A stretch of DNA of 64,000 bases from Azolla caroliniana (Eukaryota > Plantae > Polypodiophyta), in the NCBI GenBank assembly GCA_043228905.1, contig JBHGNT010000020.1:9486001-9550000 (forward strand), in the 5' to 3' direction. The notes under the pieces were generated by a model. The model was not told the DNA's origin and did no database searches. It saw nothing but the letters and a program-made list of their open reading frames with translations. A program made the position numbers and the translations under genes. Shown here in pieces: positions 62,130-64,000 of the stretch; the first letter of the stretch is position 1; each line of letters begins with the position of its first letter.

Positions 62130-63349
62130 TCTGCAAGCAGATATTCTTCTTTTGCTCTCTATATGAAGGATTAACAATCTAAGCTCCAGAATGGAAACTA
62201 TACGTGCATCCTAGTTAAAATAGTGGTTGGAGATAGAAGGAAAGAAGAACTAGAGAATAAGCACATATATGTCAGATACTAAAGTCTTCTGTAGCTTGTA
62301 GTATGATAGAGAGAGCTTGCAATCAGATTATTCTTATCTATTCATTGCCTAAGCTCTAGCTCTAGAAAGACACCAATATGCGAATTCTTAGTTAAAACAG
62401 TGGTGGAGAAGGAAACTAAACAAACAATAGAATAATCAGAGCTATGAGAGGTCCTTAGCTCATGAAGGATCCATTGCCTAAGCTCTACAATAGTAACTTT
62501 GGCACATCCTAAGCTCGTGAATTAGGCTGCAGTCATACCGAGTAGCAACCATAAATATTCTCCTGAATTGGGATACATTCATCACTTGATCTCAGCTGCA
62601 ATGGCAGCCATATTATGTTCATGAAGAAATTCATTGCGTCACAGCTCAGCCACAATGGCAGTCATATGCTAAATTCATTACCCAAGGTCTAATAGATTAG
62701 CAAATTATGTGACGAAGTGTAAGACCCCGAGCTCAGATATAATTGCAATAATAAGTTGAATTGGTTAACTAAGCTCAGCTAAATTTCATTGCCTAGGCTC
62801 TAGTATAATAGCAACCATGTATAAATACCAGTTTAAAACAATGGCTAGATAAGAGATGCAAAAGAAAAGGACTAGAGAATAATCAGAGCCATGTCAGGAG
62901 CTAAAGCTCGTGAAAATGCAGACTAGAAAGGAAAGTGAAGCTAGAAGCATAAAGAGGAGAAAAGCAAGATGAGACCAAGAAGAAGAGGAAACAGAAAAGA
63001 TAGCAGTCAAATCAAAAGCGCACGAAAGGGGCAGAAAAAGCAGAAAGAAAGGCAAGGAAGAAATTGCAAAGTATTACCATGAAGTTTAGGCAGGAGAGAG
63101 AGAATCATTGTAAGATGAAATATTTTGCGTGAGAGAAACAGTTTTCCATGAAATGGAAAGGGATGGGGATAAAAAAAACAAAGAACGGTAAAAACAACGA
63201 AGAAAGCAAGGAGAGGAATGAAGGATCACTGTGATAGGAAAACAGGTTCTCAGATTTACGTCATGAGAAATTCTGTATGGGAATATACAAAGAAATGTAC
63301 AGGATCAGATATCGAGGAAGAAAGCAGACAAAATATTCTTCAAATTGAG

Positions 63350-63396
<47 letters not shown>

Positions 63397-63640
63397 CCGA
63401 AGAATTTCTGCATACATTGTTGAGACGAGAGGAAAGGCGCCATGGCCATGGCCAGACAAAGCTGACATGACAGGAGCTCGTCCTTCCAAATATCCCTGAC
63501 CATATTATATCTGCGAATGATGAGAAAACCTACTACACAGGAGAAGCTAAGCTACACACGCAGCTCGCTCTGAGCGAAAGCAAAAAAAAGCAAAGAAAGC
63601 TCTTCTTCTTCTTCTTCTTCTTCTTCCTTCCATTCTTCGA
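62130..63640 (-). promoter_or_regulatory. Probable 5' UTR intron (donor 63397, acceptor ~62130) and non-coding first exon of the PAT gene
   Basis: Minus-strand GTATCT donor followed by a (CT)n tract; TTGCAG acceptor ~40 nt upstream of the ATG; (GAA)n in the putative leader. Confidence 0.5.
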
Positions 63641-63721
63641 GAGTACTTGATCCACGAGAGAAAAGGTCTTGGGTTCAATTCTCACTTTGGCTTATCATTG
63701 TTATAGACTATAGTGTATAAA

Positions 63722-64000
63722 CCATACATACCTTATATTACATGCATGCATGCATGTATATATGCATGTATAAATACATCCATACATGCATGACATACAC
63801 ACACACACATACATACATAAATTACATAGATACATATATTACATACATTACATTGTGTGTGTGTATGTAATGCATGTATGCATGCATACATACATGCATG
63901 CATGCACATTGCATACATACATACATACATACATACATACATACATACATACATACATACATACATACATACCTTACATACATGCATAGATACATCCATA
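63722..64000. repeat. (CATA)n/(CATG)n/(CA)n microsatellite tract
   Basis: Direct inspection. Confidence 0.95.

Noticed and set aside
63640-63690. B-box-like GGTTCAATTC (also GGTTCGAGTT at ~56257) as tRNA/SINE
   Set aside because: No convincing A-box at the right spacing and no TSD.
63733-63999. ORFs rich in Met/Tyr/Val/Cys or His/Thr
   Set aside because: Translations of microsatellites.

Overview
Eukaryotic plant genomic DNA. The Tcn1-like chromovirus and tRNA-Trp-primed Gypsy lineages suggest a seed-free land plant (inference). About 1-30.5 kb and 38.7-55 kb are deeply nested transposable elements that can be resolved by LTR pairs, PBS/PPT and target-site duplications (TSDs). They include several Ty1/Copia elements, a tRNA-Trp-primed Ty3/Gypsy element with a 4-bp TSD, two young gag-only non-autonomous relatives of it, a self-priming chromovirus, an unclassified 3.9-kb TIR DNA transposon with a central palindrome array, and LINE remnants. 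Two likely host genes are present: a divergent Dof-like zinc-finger gene (33.9-35.0 kb, +) and a 9-coding-exon DHHC protein S-acyltransferase (58.1-62.1 kb, -). The main observations are: antisense tRNA-like A/B-box cassettes in the U3 of all six LTRs of two unrelated Gypsy lineages; the gag-only family with an acidic-basic-Trp-rich Gag tail; a PBS locked in a perfect hairpin; CpG-centred 4-bp TSDs; a ~300-bp flank duplication; and templated filler plus telomere repeats at a deletion. All coordinates and mismatch counts were read by eye.
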